From a virus: DNA of 64,000 nucleotides. Below are positions 39,681-48,854 of this stretch, piece by piece. How positions within the stretch are numbered: position 1 is the first letter of the stretch; each line of letters starts with the position of its first letter. The notes under the pieces were generated by a model that ran no database searches, had not been told where the DNA came from, and was given only the letters and a program-made list of their open reading frames with translations. Both the position numbers and the translations under genes were made by a program. The DNA is taken from positions 26,160 to 90,159 of the IMG/VR virus record IMGVR_UViG_3300023184_008808. One strand, written 5' to 3'.

Positions 39681-39749
39681 ATTCTTGGTTTATGAGATTT
39701 TTGAAATTTGTATGTGTACATATTTCAAAGTCTTTGGCCAAGGAGTGAT

Positions 39750-40145
39750 ATGGAGCCCATCGATGACCGCACCTTAGGCGAAAAGTTAAGTGATAGTGTC
39801 GCTAAATTTGGTGGATCATGGTGGTTTATAGGATTTGGTGCAGGTTTCATTGTTGTTTGGGTTTTTCTTAATGTTTGTGTAATTATTTGGGATGATTATC
39901 CTTTTGTTTTGTTGAATCTTTTTCTGTCTTTAGTTGCAGCATTTCAAGCGCCATTTATTCTAATGGCTCAGCGTCGTGTAGAAATGAAACAGGATGCTAT
40001 TTACAGAACTTTATTTAGAGAAATAAAGGAATTAGTTGAAGTAGATTTAAGCATTGAGCATGAGGTTCTTGAAAGCAATAAAAAATTAGAACAAGAGCTT
40101 GAAGCTATTAAATCTATGATAGTAGAAAAAAAAGAGACATTATGA
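39750..40145 (+). CDS. DUF1003 membrane protein
   Basis: RTLGEKLSDSVAKFGGSW..DDYPFVLLNLFLS..AAFQAPFILMAQ. Confidence 0.9.
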   Translation: MEPIDDRTLGEKLSDSVAKFGGSWWFIGFGAGFIVVWVFLNVCVIIWDDYPFVLLNLFLSLVAAFQAPFILMAQRRVEMKQDAIYRTLFREIKELVEVDLSIEHEVLESNKKLEQELEAIKSMIVEKKETL

Positions 40146-41035
40146 AGTTAAGAGCTACTGCCACAATTATGTGGGATTTTGATACAGATTTACCTTATGC
40201 ACAGGCTATGGAAATTGCCAAGCATCATCTTGATGAAATTCCCATTCATGATAATATGAAAGATGTGCGTCTTTTAATTCAACTTGATAAACTTCGTAAC
40301 AAAGTTGAAAAGGTTAGAATTGGAGAATTTCAATTTGATGAAGTATTTCCTTATTTTAGCAATGAAAACAATAAAAAAGAATATATTGTAAATGATATAA
40401 GTTATATTGTTAAAATGAATTCTGATAGATATTTTCTTTTTAAAAATCAGAGTTCATGTGTTTCTTGTGGCCTTAAAGGAACTCGTATTTTTCTTGAATG
40501 TCTTCCAAACGATGAAGCACCTCATTTTAATCTATATGGCGAAGAAGAAGAAAAATTAGTTTTATTTACAAAAGATCACATTAAAGCAAAATGTTTTGGT
40601 GGAAAGAATGAATTGAGTAATTATCAAACTATGTGCAGTATATGCAATAGTTTGAAGGCATATAGCAATTTAACAGTTGATGCTGTAAAAAGTCTTAGAA
40701 ATTTATATAACAAAAATAAAAATAAATTAACCAAGAAGAAATTGCATGTTCTTCTTGAACAAGAAAGAACAAAATTGCAGCAACCTTGGTTGTTAGAACT
40801 ACAAGCTGAAGACTTTCCTCCAAATAAAGATTCGATGCGAGTGAAAAGGTCTTTTAAGGTAGTCGAATTTAATGGCGAATTGTTTTCAGAAACAAATACA
40901 TCTTATGATGCAAATGTTGTTGGAATCGTTAATGAAGGTGCATATTTAGAGCCTATGGTAGAAATTAACAAAGAAGTGTATTGTAAAGCTTGGAAAGATA
41001 AAATTATAAGAGTTAGTCTTTCCTTGTTGCGTTAA
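40142..41035 (+). CDS. HNH domain protein
   Basis: CVSCG, HFNLYG, TKDHIKAKCFGGKNELSNYQTMCSICN..K. Confidence 0.8.
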   Translation: MKLRATATIMWDFDTDLPYAQAMEIAKHHLDEIPIHDNMKDVRLLIQLDKLRNKVEKVRIGEFQFDEVFPYFSNENNKKEYIVNDISYIVKMNSDRYFLFKNQSSCVSCGLKGTRIFLECLPNDEAPHFNLYGEEEEKLVLFTKDHIKAKCFGGKNELSNYQTMCSICNSLKAYSNLTVDAVKSLRNLYNKNKNKLTKKKLHVLLEQERTKLQQPWLLELQAEDFPPNKDSMRVKRSFKVVEFNGELFSETNTSYDANVVGIVNEGAYLEPMVEINKEVYCKAWKDKIIRVSLSLLR

Positions 41036-41086
41036 GAATTGATTTTTGCAGCACTAAATATTTGCAGATAAACAAAGAGGAGTGCC

Positions 41087-41671
41087 ATGCAACTTGAACC
41101 TTGGGAAATTGAACTGCGTCAGCAGTTAGGATTGGAACAACAAATAAACACTTCAGATACTGTTGCTTCAACAAAAATAGATTTTACTAATGGCACAATG
41201 ACTTTTGTATTTTTGCTTATTGTTTTAGCATGTGCTACGCTTTATGTTTATGATGATAAAACTGGTGGTCATTTTAAAAATTGGACATTAAGCCATTTTC
41301 ATACAAATAAAATAGAATCTCCTTCTTCAACATACCCTGTTGATCCTGTTGAGCCTAAGATTACACAACCAATTGAGCCATCTTTCAAAGACGCTGAAAT
41401 TGCAAAGATAAAAAATGAATTGACAAAGTTCAATTTAGAAAATAAAACAAAATATGACGAGATTACAGCTAAATTAAATGTCACCAGCCATAAGGTTGGT
41501 CTTATGGGCGTAATTCTTAATGAGAATTTTAATATTCTAGATCAAAATAAAAATGTTCACAAATTGATGTTTTTTAATAGAGATTGGACTTTAGATCGTA
41601 TGCCTAGTTACATAGAATTAAGCGAAGATGATATCGAATACTTAAAGAAATTTGTTAAAGAAGGTCAATAA
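41087..41671 (+). CDS. membrane-anchored hypothetical protein
   Basis: One TM, SD GAGGAG. Confidence 0.75.
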   Translation: MQLEPWEIELRQQLGLEQQINTSDTVASTKIDFTNGTMTFVFLLIVLACATLYVYDDKTGGHFKNWTLSHFHTNKIESPSSTYPVDPVEPKITQPIEPSFKDAEIAKIKNELTKFNLENKTKYDEITAKLNVTSHKVGLMGVILNENFNILDQNKNVHKLMFFNRDWTLDRMPSYIELSEDDIEYLKKFVKEGQ

Positions 41672-42357
41672 CTTGGATAATTTCCTGATCCACTCCAACT
41701 CTTTGCTCTAGTAACTGCTTGAATTACATCTGCCAAATAGTCTGCAGTGATAATTGCTAGTTCTTTGTCAGAACGAATTGATCGTATAATTTCAATTTGC
41801 ATAGAAAATACATCCATGCATTTATCCCATTTGCGAAAATATTGGTTCATATTGCTTCGTGCCCATCCACTCATGGCACCGCCACTTTTGCCTTCATAGG
41901 CATGTATTTTGAACTCCATGCACTTGTATAAGAAAAGATTTTTCATCCATAATTCGCAAGTGTAACTATCAGGTTTGCCAGCACCATACCCAATAACTAA
42001 ATCCATCTTAGGATCTTTGGCGATTTTTCTATGACGATCACCCATTCCATGAATGTGATAAATATAGGCATTATGTCCAGTCATGTTAATTTCATCTTTG
42101 AATCGTATGATTGGATCTAAAAACTCTTCACGAACAACATCTTCTCTGCAATGGTAAATGTTGTTACAGTCAGCTTTATCGTTTTCGTAGCTGTACTCGT
42201 CACTTCTTTCCCATCCATTGTTTATTACTGCATAAGCATTTAATTTTTCGGCTATGATTCGAGCAATAAGCCCTGTGTTTTCGTCGTCTAGCTCATAACC
42301 ATGTGGTGCAACAATAATGGCGGGGAAGGTTCCTTGTAATACACTCACTCTTTCCAT
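41665..42357 (-). CDS. N-formylglutamate amidohydrolase-like Zn hydrolase
   Basis: IIVAPHG..DENT, DCN, HIHGM, MQIEI..R. Confidence 0.65.
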   Translation of the reverse strand: MERVSVLQGTFPAIIVAPHGYELDDENTGLIARIIAEKLNAYAVINNGWERSDEYSYENDKADCNNIYHCREDVVREEFLDPIIRFKDEINMTGHNAYIYHIHGMGDRHRKIAKDPKMDLVIGYGAGKPDSYTCELWMKNLFLYKCMEFKIHAYEGKSGGAMSGWARSNMNQYFRKWDKCMDVFSMQIEIIRSIRSDKELAIITADYLADVIQAVTRAKSWSGSGNYPSY

Positions 42358-42734
42358 ACAAAATATCCATCAGGGGTAACTTGAATGGCTTCAATTCCAT
42401 ATTTATTTGCCGATTGTAAATTCTCTACTTCATCATCATAGTGTCGCATTGCTCCAATTATTTTTAAAATCGGACCTTTAGGCTGATGGTTTGTATAATA
42501 GCAATCTTTAATTGGTAAGTTATGCTTATTTATAAAAACTTGAATAGAAACTCTTTCAGGTTCATTTTTTTGTATCCAATCCTCGCTTTCATGTTGAGGA
42601 TTGCGAGAAGTTACAATAACGCATTGATAGCCAGAATTATGGTATTCAAATAGCTTATTGATCATGATTTTATGGTCATTTCCATTTTCCATTCTAAGTG
42701 TGTTGTCAAAATCAAAACTAACAGTTTTCTGCAT
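42345..42734 (-). CDS. HAD-superfamily phosphatase-like protein
   Basis: SFDFDNTL, IVTSR, K, HYDD. Confidence 0.8.
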   Translation of the reverse strand: MQKTVSFDFDNTLRMENGNDHKIMINKLFEYHNSGYQCVIVTSRNPQHESEDWIQKNEPERVSIQVFINKHNLPIKDCYYTNHQPKGPILKIIGAMRHYDDEVENLQSANKYGIEAIQVTPDGYFVWKE

Positions 42735-42805
42735 GTTGTTTTCCTTAAAAATGTTTTTTAGAAAGCTAAATATCTAACCGAGGCATATTTTAATAAAGGT
42801 GGTTA

Positions 42806-42988
42806 ATGATTAAAGTTAAAGAAGGCTTGGCAACACTTGATTTGACAAAGAAATCGCCTGCTGATGTATATGAGTTTCTTCAAGCTCTTCTTTCTGCTCG
42901 TTATAGATTAAATCTTAAAGGTTATAGCGTAACAGTAAAAAAATCATATATCACAAAAAAAGATAGTCGCAAAAGTCAATTTGCATAA
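42806..42988 (+). CDS. hypothetical protein
   Basis: SD AAGGTG, 60 aa. Confidence 0.55.
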   Translation: MIKVKEGLATLDLTKKSPADVYEFLQALLSARYRLNLKGYSVTVKKSYITKKDSRKSQFA

Positions 42989-43001
42989 ATAGGAGATAGA
43001 A

Positions 43002-44798
43002 GTGAAAAGTTTTAAAAATTGGTTATCAGTGAATGGCGATTTATTTTGGGAAATGACCAATTTAAAAACTGCTGATACATCGCACATTCATTTAGAGCCA
43101 GTAGGAGAGGATTTTGACCGTGACAGTGCCGAGGAAGATTGCCGCTACGCTGTAGAGCGCAATTTTGATTATAGTTCTTTTTACGAAAATGAAGGCATTT
43201 ACGAATTTCCAGAAGATGATCCAGATTTTCAAACACCTACTGTAGAAATATGGGAAGAAGATCATCCTGAGCCTGAATCATCTGATTATGAAGATGAAGA
43301 AGAATTTAATTCTGCTCATGAAGAATGGACAGATGAGCGTGATGCCACCGAGGAAAATTACAATAGGGCTGTTTCAAAATGGGAAAGAGAAAAGAGCAGA
43401 AAAGAAGAAGCTGCTCAAGAAGCTGCTCAAGAAGCCATGCAATCAGATGTAGATGATTGCGTTTCTGAACAAGAGTCAAATTACGAAAATGAAGCCAAAG
43501 GCTTTACTCATAGTTTTAAACACGACGGAGATGATTTTAAGGTATCCTTAGAGAATGAAAATGTTCGTTTTGAAGGCAATACAATTGACAATGTTTATAA
43601 TGTGACCTTTAGTGGCCCTCAAGGTTACAGTTCTACTGGAAAAGCTGGATCTGAAGCTTCTACTATTTATGGCAAGCTAATTTTAGCAATTAAAAAATTG
43701 ATAGATGATCATGAAGTGAATGGTTTGTCATTTAGTCCTGCTGAACCTGCTATGCGTATCATGTATACTCGTTTTTATAATTCTTTTATGAAAGATCATT
43801 TTGTTAGAGTTAAAAGAGATTTGTATATCAAAAGAGAAATTGTGAAAGATATTTTAGAAAAAGCAAAATCTTCCAATCAATATGTTGCTAAGAACATTTT
43901 GTCGAATATTGCAGATGCTCATAGAGAAAATAAAAGGGAAGTTGATAAAGCAAAAGCTCAGAAAGTTGAAAAACGAATAGCAACTCGTATAGGACAACAA
44001 CTTATAGGACAGTTTGTTCCCTTATATGGGCGTGATAAGCCATTTTTGGTTATCGATTTCAATCCAACTACAGCTGTGTTTCAAGTTTCCGACCCAGATT
44101 CTTGGATGTCATTTAGCACAATAGGTCAAAATTTTTACACATTAGCTCTTCCTTTTTCAAAGTTAAAACCAGCTGATATGCAAAAAGATTTTCCTCAAAT
44201 GGTTGAATTGTTTGATTATGAAGATAAAGAATCTTTTCCTTTATATGCTTTAGCTAAAGCTAGCAACATTTATGGTTTTGATAAACCAGATAATTCTAAT
44301 TTTGCACAAAAAGTTAAAGACACTGTTGCAAAAATTCGCACATGGTATAATTCACCAATTAGTGATAACAACAATCAAACTCATAAAGATTTTATTCACC
44401 AGTCACATCCTCAAGTAGCAAAAGTTCTTGAAGATTATGCAAGGAAAATAGGAATTGATTTAAATACTTCTCAATCTTCTCGTGTTGCTCAAACTCCTAG
44501 TGTTGCTCAAACTCCTAGTGTTGCTCAAACTCCTAGTGTTGCTCAAACTCCTAGTGTTGCTCCTGCTTCTACACCAGCATTTTCAACTTCTGCACCGGCT
44601 TCTACGACTCCTTCAACACATACATTTGCTAATATTCCAGAACCATCATCATGGACTCCAGCAAGCCAACATATTTCACAGCCATATCAAAGTTCTCATG
44701 GAGACATGACACAAACTTCTCAGTTGGCAACATTAGCCCCCAATTCTGTAAGTGCCCCACAAGGTAAAGGCGATTTGCGTAGGCGGACTCAGAAGTAA
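43002..44798 (+). CDS. acidic multidomain protein, putative head-packaged protein
   Basis: TAAATA plus SD; MKSFKNWL..LFWE N-terminus; acidic region; S/T/P tail. Confidence 0.8.
   Translation: MKSFKNWLSVNGDLFWEMTNLKTADTSHIHLEPVGEDFDRDSAEEDCRYAVERNFDYSSFYENEGIYEFPEDDPDFQTPTVEIWEEDHPEPESSDYEDEEEFNSAHEEWTDERDATEENYNRAVSKWEREKSRKEEAAQEAAQEAMQSDVDDCVSEQESNYENEAKGFTHSFKHDGDDFKVSLENENVRFEGNTIDNVYNVTFSGPQGYSSTGKAGSEASTIYGKLILAIKKLIDDHEVNGLSFSPAEPAMRIMYTRFYNSFMKDHFVRVKRDLYIKREIVKDILEKAKSSNQYVAKNILSNIADAHRENKREVDKAKAQKVEKRIATRIGQQLIGQFVPLYGRDKPFLVIDFNPTTAVFQVSDPDSWMSFSTIGQNFYTLALPFSKLKPADMQKDFPQMVELFDYEDKESFPLYALAKASNIYGFDKPDNSNFAQKVKDTVAKIRTWYNSPISDNNNQTHKDFIHQSHPQVAKVLEDYARKIGIDLNTSQSSRVAQTPSVAQTPSVAQTPSVAQTPSVAPASTPAFSTSAPASTTPSTHTFANIPEPSSWTPASQHISQPYQSSHGDMTQTSQLATLAPNSVSAPQGKGDLRRRTQK
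44482..44562 (+). repeat. 18-bp coding tandem repeat x4.5 (VAQTPS)
   Basis: Unit gtgttgctcaaactccta. Confidence 0.95.
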
Positions 44799-44830
44799 TT
44801 ATAAATAACTTAAAATATTTTTAAATAGGC

Positions 44831-44838
44831 TATAAATA
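44831..44838 (+). promoter_or_regulatory. T4-type late promoter TATAAATA
   Basis: Exact T4 late consensus upstream of SD GAGGTG. Confidence 0.65.
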
Positions 44839-44853
44839 AGATAAGAGGTGATC

Positions 44854-45276
44854 ATGAAATCTATTCAAGAATTTAAATTTGGAATTAAGAATGAAGCTAC
44901 TGAAGGTTCTTTAGGAATTGGCAAGATTGTAAGCAAGCTTTTTGAAGCACGCAATGTTGCTCACCATGCACATTTGATGGTTAAGGGAACAGGCTCTTAT
45001 GCTAAGCACAAAGCTCTTCAGGGTTTCTATGAGGGAATTATACCGCTTGCCGATTCACTTTTTGAAACTTATGCTGGCCAATATGGCTTGGTTAATTTCG
45101 ATAAGAATGGTAGTGCTGGAGACGAAGATATCATTAGGTATCTAGAAAACTTAAGTAAAATGTTGATTAACTCTCATGAGATTATTGATAAAAGAGATAG
45201 CCATCTTCATAACATTTTAGATGAAATTGTTGGATTTGTAAATGCAACACTTTATAAATTAAAATTCTTACAGTAA
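44854..45276 (+). CDS. ferritin/Dps-like four-helix protein (DUF5856-like)
   Basis: AHHAHL..SYAKHKAL..FYEG..DSLFETY.G..NILDEI..TLYKL. Confidence 0.8.
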   Translation: MKSIQEFKFGIKNEATEGSLGIGKIVSKLFEARNVAHHAHLMVKGTGSYAKHKALQGFYEGIIPLADSLFETYAGQYGLVNFDKNGSAGDEDIIRYLENLSKMLINSHEIIDKRDSHLHNILDEIVGFVNATLYKLKFLQ

Positions 45277-45294
45277 CAAACAAATTTACTAAAT

Positions 45295-45329
45295 AAAAAA
45301 ACCTCAAGTATAAAGCTTGAGGTTTTTTT
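45295..45329. terminator. bidirectional terminator between convergent gene blocks
   Basis: A-run CCTCAAG-TATAAAG-CTTGAGG T-run. Confidence 0.85.
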
Positions 45330-45377
45330 ATTTATATTTTGATTTAAATAATCAAGTTGCCAATCCATCACATGTTT

Positions 45378-46328
45378 TCAATCTACTTGGTAAAAGTAAA
45401 TTGCTTTCAAAGGCTTTGGACTAACATTTATGTCAATTGCTTCTTTTATGAAAATAAGTATACTGTTATAGTTTCGATTAAGTGTCGGCTCTACTTCAGA
45501 ATAAGAAATATATTGTTTGGATTTTTTACCCCACTGCATCTGAATGCTACATGATCCTGTTGCATAAAACCAATCGGTATCATTTCCTGTACTTTCATTT
45601 TTATTTGTTTCTGATGTGAGATAGCCATTTGCACTTATCATTTTGTTTATGATTTTATAAATTTTTTCCCTATCTTCATTTACACAAATTTCTGGGGGTA
45701 ATATTTTTTCTCCCGGAGCGTGATTATTTAATACTGCTTTAAATTTTTGATTTTCTGCCCATTGCATCAAAGCCAATGTTGCTGATGATGTTTGAGGATT
45801 CATTTTTTTATATGTTGGGAAAGAAGTCATTGGGTCTATATCTTCTATTGTATTAGATTTTAGATATGTGTCAGGAGAAGCTACAGGAACAAAATAAACA
45901 TCTCTGTTATCTAAAAGATATTTTATTTCTGATTTTGTTTCATAATCTGTGAGAAGTTTGTGTATTATGTGCATGTTCATAAGAACTGGAAATTCTTCAT
46001 TGCCCACAAGACCTGAGTGAATAAGAACTTTGGGTTTGTTTTTTGCACCAATTCTAAAATAATTACATGAAGTGCCTTTAGTAGTTTTCCCATAAACGCC
46101 AATTTCAGTATTGCTCGGCGATTCTTGATGCCAGCGATTAAGTTGTTGGATAATGTGTTGATAACTTTTATATTGTTCTGTAGGCAATGAAATTGACTCA
46201 GTTTTTACAATAATTTTATGTTCAGTTTCAATTGGTTTAGTGATTTTTTGATTATATGTTGTAACTATACCGCCAGTAAGGGCGATAAAGAGAATTGTAA
46301 ACCCTGTCCTGAGTTTTGTTGAATCCAT
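45378..46328 (-). CDS. M14 zinc carboxypeptidase-like protein, degenerate active site
   Basis: N-terminal TM; YG.T..G, KPKVLI..GNE, LLDNRDVYFVPVASPD, G..TDWFY. Confidence 0.75.
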   Translation of the reverse strand: MDSTKLRTGFTILFIALTGGIVTTYNQKITKPIETEHKIIVKTESISLPTEQYKSYQHIIQQLNRWHQESPSNTEIGVYGKTTKGTSCNYFRIGAKNKPKVLIHSGLVGNEEFPVLMNMHIIHKLLTDYETKSEIKYLLDNRDVYFVPVASPDTYLKSNTIEDIDPMTSFPTYKKMNPQTSSATLALMQWAENQKFKAVLNNHAPGEKILPPEICVNEDREKIYKIINKMISANGYLTSETNKNESTGNDTDWFYATGSCSIQMQWGKKSKQYISYSEVEPTLNRNYNSILIFIKEAIDINVSPKPLKAIYFYQVD

Positions 46329-46349
46329 TGCATTCTCCTCTTGCTACAA

Positions 46350-46826
46350 TTATTTACTTTTTCTCCAGCCTCCGCCATGTTTTTTATACCATTTAGCCGC
46401 TGCAGCGTTGCTGTATGCTGAAGGATGTACATCGAAGTGATTTCTGGCCCAAGACTGAGCTCTTGACCACAATTCAGGGTTGGTTGGCTCATTATTGCCT
46501 TCACGAATGAGTATGAAATCTTCAAAAGAAACAGTTTCTTTATGGCTTACAAAATTTGGCGTTCGACCTTTAGATTTTTCTGTTTCTTTGCGTTCAACTC
46601 GACGCTTCTGTTCTGTGGCACGCTTCTTTTCTTTTTTACTCATGCTAGTAGCCTCTTTTGCAGGACGGCATTTAGGATAAGCCTTTTGTTTATCGCCTTC
46701 ACGGCCTTCAGCAGAGGCTCCACATTCTGGGTGTTTGCCACCTTTGACTCTGGAAATATCAACCCAGCGTTCTCGGAACCATTTGCCTAATCCAGAATCT
46801 TTATAAACTTCATTATGATTATTCAT
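46350..46826 (-). CDS. DUF5872-like basic phage protein
   Basis: GLGKWFRERWVDI..CG..YPKCRP; PTNPELW..FDVHPSAY..YKKHGG.W. Confidence 0.75.
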   Translation of the reverse strand: MNNHNEVYKDSGLGKWFRERWVDISRVKGGKHPECGASAEGREGDKQKAYPKCRPAKEATSMSKKEKKRATEQKRRVERKETEKSKGRTPNFVSHKETVSFEDFILIREGNNEPTNPELWSRAQSWARNHFDVHPSAYSNAAAAKWYKKHGGGWRKSK

Positions 46827-46874
46827 ATTGCTATCTATGCAAAATACATGTTTGTTTTATAAATTTTTGAATTG

Positions 46875-46933
46875 ATCCCCAATCATATTTAAAAAGTTAA
46901 ATATATTGATTCTTTTCAAATATGATTGGGGAT
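46875..46933. repeat. 16-bp perfect inverted repeat in an AT-rich intergenic region
   Basis: ATCCCCAATCATATTT...AAATATGATTGGGGAT. Confidence 0.85.
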
Positions 46934-47003
46934 AAAAAATAAAATTTATTTTAATTAAAATTTTATTTTTATAAATATTTATAACCCAACAAGCAGGAGG
47001 CTT

Positions 47004-47147
47004 ATGATTTTAACAATTATCTTTTTTTTAATTTTATTTCTTTGGATAAAATTATTTTTATCAGTTCAACACAATAGTTCTCGTGCTAACTTAATTGCAT
47101 ATTTAAAAATTTTACAGATTCGTTCAAAAAATAAAAAAAACTTATAG
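47004..47147 (+). CDS. small membrane protein (47 aa), not in ORF track
   Basis: TATAAATA at 46970, SD AGGAGG; MILTIIFFLILFLWIKLFLSV...RSKNKKNL. Confidence 0.6.
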   Translation: MILTIIFFLILFLWIKLFLSVQHNSSRANLIAYLKILQIRSKNKKNL

Positions 47148-47155
47148 CTTGGCTT

Positions 47156-47770
47156 TTATCCTGCAGCTTGTACATATTGCCAAATTGTTTGTGCGTCCAT
47201 ATCTTCGCTTAGATGTTTTTTAACGGCTTTGAGATGATTTTTTAAAGACGCCTTGTCAATTACTTTAGCTAATTTAAAGGCGTCATCTAAATCTTTTTCT
47301 CGACCATTTGCGAATTTGATGATAGTTAACACAGCAGGATCGATAATCGGCACATTAAATCCGCCAATCATTGCGTTTGTTGCGGTTTGTAAAACATAAC
47401 GATTAAGAGCAGGATTTCCAACTTTCACATCGAGAAAATCAGCATCGAGTTCATGACAAGTAATACCACCAGATTCAAGTTCACGAGGCAAAATAAGTGT
47501 GCTATGGCTTAAGCCTTCTTGAGTAAGAGCTTGTTCAACCATTTGAATATTGGGGCACATAAAATCAACATCTGGTGTAATTGCACGGTTTACATAATGT
47601 GCAACAGCCATGCCACCGACCAAAACACAACCTAATTTGTGTTTGTTTACAAAATCAAATGCATTTTTTATTTTAGCCTGAGCAGTTGGGCTTTGCACTG
47701 CCATTTCGTGAAACAATGTTTCACTATCAAATCCTTCACGATCTAAAACCCATTCTGTAAATTTCTTCAT
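47156..47770 (-). CDS. nucleotidyltransferase (Pol-beta superfamily, DUF6036/AbiEii/MenT-like)
   Basis: VLVGGMAV..TPDVDF, third Asp DADF, K..GREKDLDD. Confidence 0.85.
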   Translation of the reverse strand: MKKFTEWVLDREGFDSETLFHEMAVQSPTAQAKIKNAFDFVNKHKLGCVLVGGMAVAHYVNRAITPDVDFMCPNIQMVEQALTQEGLSHSTLILPRELESGGITCHELDADFLDVKVGNPALNRYVLQTATNAMIGGFNVPIIDPAVLTIIKFANGREKDLDDAFKLAKVIDKASLKNHLKAVKKHLSEDMDAQTIWQYVQAAG

Positions 47771-47793
47771 GTTTATCTCCTAGTGTGCTTATC

Positions 47794-48606
47794 TTACCCC
47801 AAAAGTGGTTCGACTATATACTCAAAAATGCCATATGTTCTTAAAATACTTTCTTTGATGCCGTATTGCTGCTTATATGTTCTATCATGTTGAATGCTGG
47901 TGCTACTTATAGGCTTGCCTTTTTTGCGGTCTGTAGTGATTATGTCGCCTAAATCTACACCGTAAGCATATCCAATTGTAATATGTGTTTTATAATTAGG
48001 AGGTAAAGGTGGAAGGTTCAATGCTTGTCTAACCTCTGATATATTAGGACAAGAAACGCTAAGTAAAGCAACTAAAGGCTTGCCTGAAAAATATTTTGCC
48101 ACCCCATAGATTACAAATGGTCGTGGGCCAATGTTCACAGGCATGCTAATCCCATTTCCTTGGGCATCAAAAAGAGGATTGCCGTTTGGAAGCTTTATTT
48201 TTTTTAGAGTTTCTATTTTAGAGGCTACATTTTCTTTATCTTCAAAAACATGTGCTAAAGCACTTCCAAGAGCCACGGTGATGTGTGACTCACCTGTATG
48301 CATTAAATCGGTTTGATGAGGGTTTTCTGAGGCTTTACAGGCATATCCGTTAAATGCTGACGAATCTGGACGACATTCAATGCCTTGTTTTGAAATTTGT
48401 CTGCGAAATGAAGATAAAATCCCTCCCAATCGAGATTCTTCTCGTTTGATAGGCACATAAATCATAGGAGGGCCAGAAAACCCCTTCCCGCTTCCATAAT
48501 TAAGTGTTTCTGATTTTCCATTTCCTAGGATTGGAGTTAATTCGCCGAAATAGCCCCAATCAGCCCCATCACTTTCGATGAAGCGAAAAAATTCTGCAAA
48601 GTTCAT
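47794..48606 (-). CDS. 2H phosphoesterase family protein
   Basis: Two HxT motifs, SHITVA and THITIGY; C..I..VRQALNLPP preceding the second. Confidence 0.75.
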   Translation of the reverse strand: MNFAEFFRFIESDGADWGYFGELTPILGNGKSETLNYGSGKGFSGPPMIYVPIKREESRLGGILSSFRRQISKQGIECRPDSSAFNGYACKASENPHQTDLMHTGESHITVALGSALAHVFEDKENVASKIETLKKIKLPNGNPLFDAQGNGISMPVNIGPRPFVIYGVAKYFSGKPLVALLSVSCPNISEVRQALNLPPLPPNYKTHITIGYAYGVDLGDIITTDRKKGKPISSTSIQHDRTYKQQYGIKESILRTYGIFEYIVEPLLG

Positions 48607-48614
48607 GTAATTAT

Positions 48615-48854
48615 TTAGAGTTGTTCTGCAAAATCTGCAACATTTTGTGGGCTGTCAAAATGGGTACGAAACATATTTTCAATGTCCCAAGGCCCTATTT
48701 TAAATGCTTCGCTTATGTCTTCAATACAGTTAAGTTTTATGCCAATTTTTTCAGCTGCATCTTTAATGCAATGGTAAACAGTAAAATGGCGATTAAACTG
48801 ACGCTTATCGGCACGAATAGCCTCACATAGCTCTTTAATTTTCATTTTTTGCAC
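48615..48854 (-). CDS. hypothetical protein
   Basis: 79-aa ORF. Confidence 0.55.
   Translation of the reverse strand: MQKMKIKELCEAIRADKRQFNRHFTVYHCIKDAAEKIGIKLNCIEDISEAFKIGPWDIENMFRTHFDSPQNVADFAEQL

Noticed and set aside
44482-44562. CRISPR array
   Set aside because: Head-to-tail 18-mers without spacers, in frame within a CDS.
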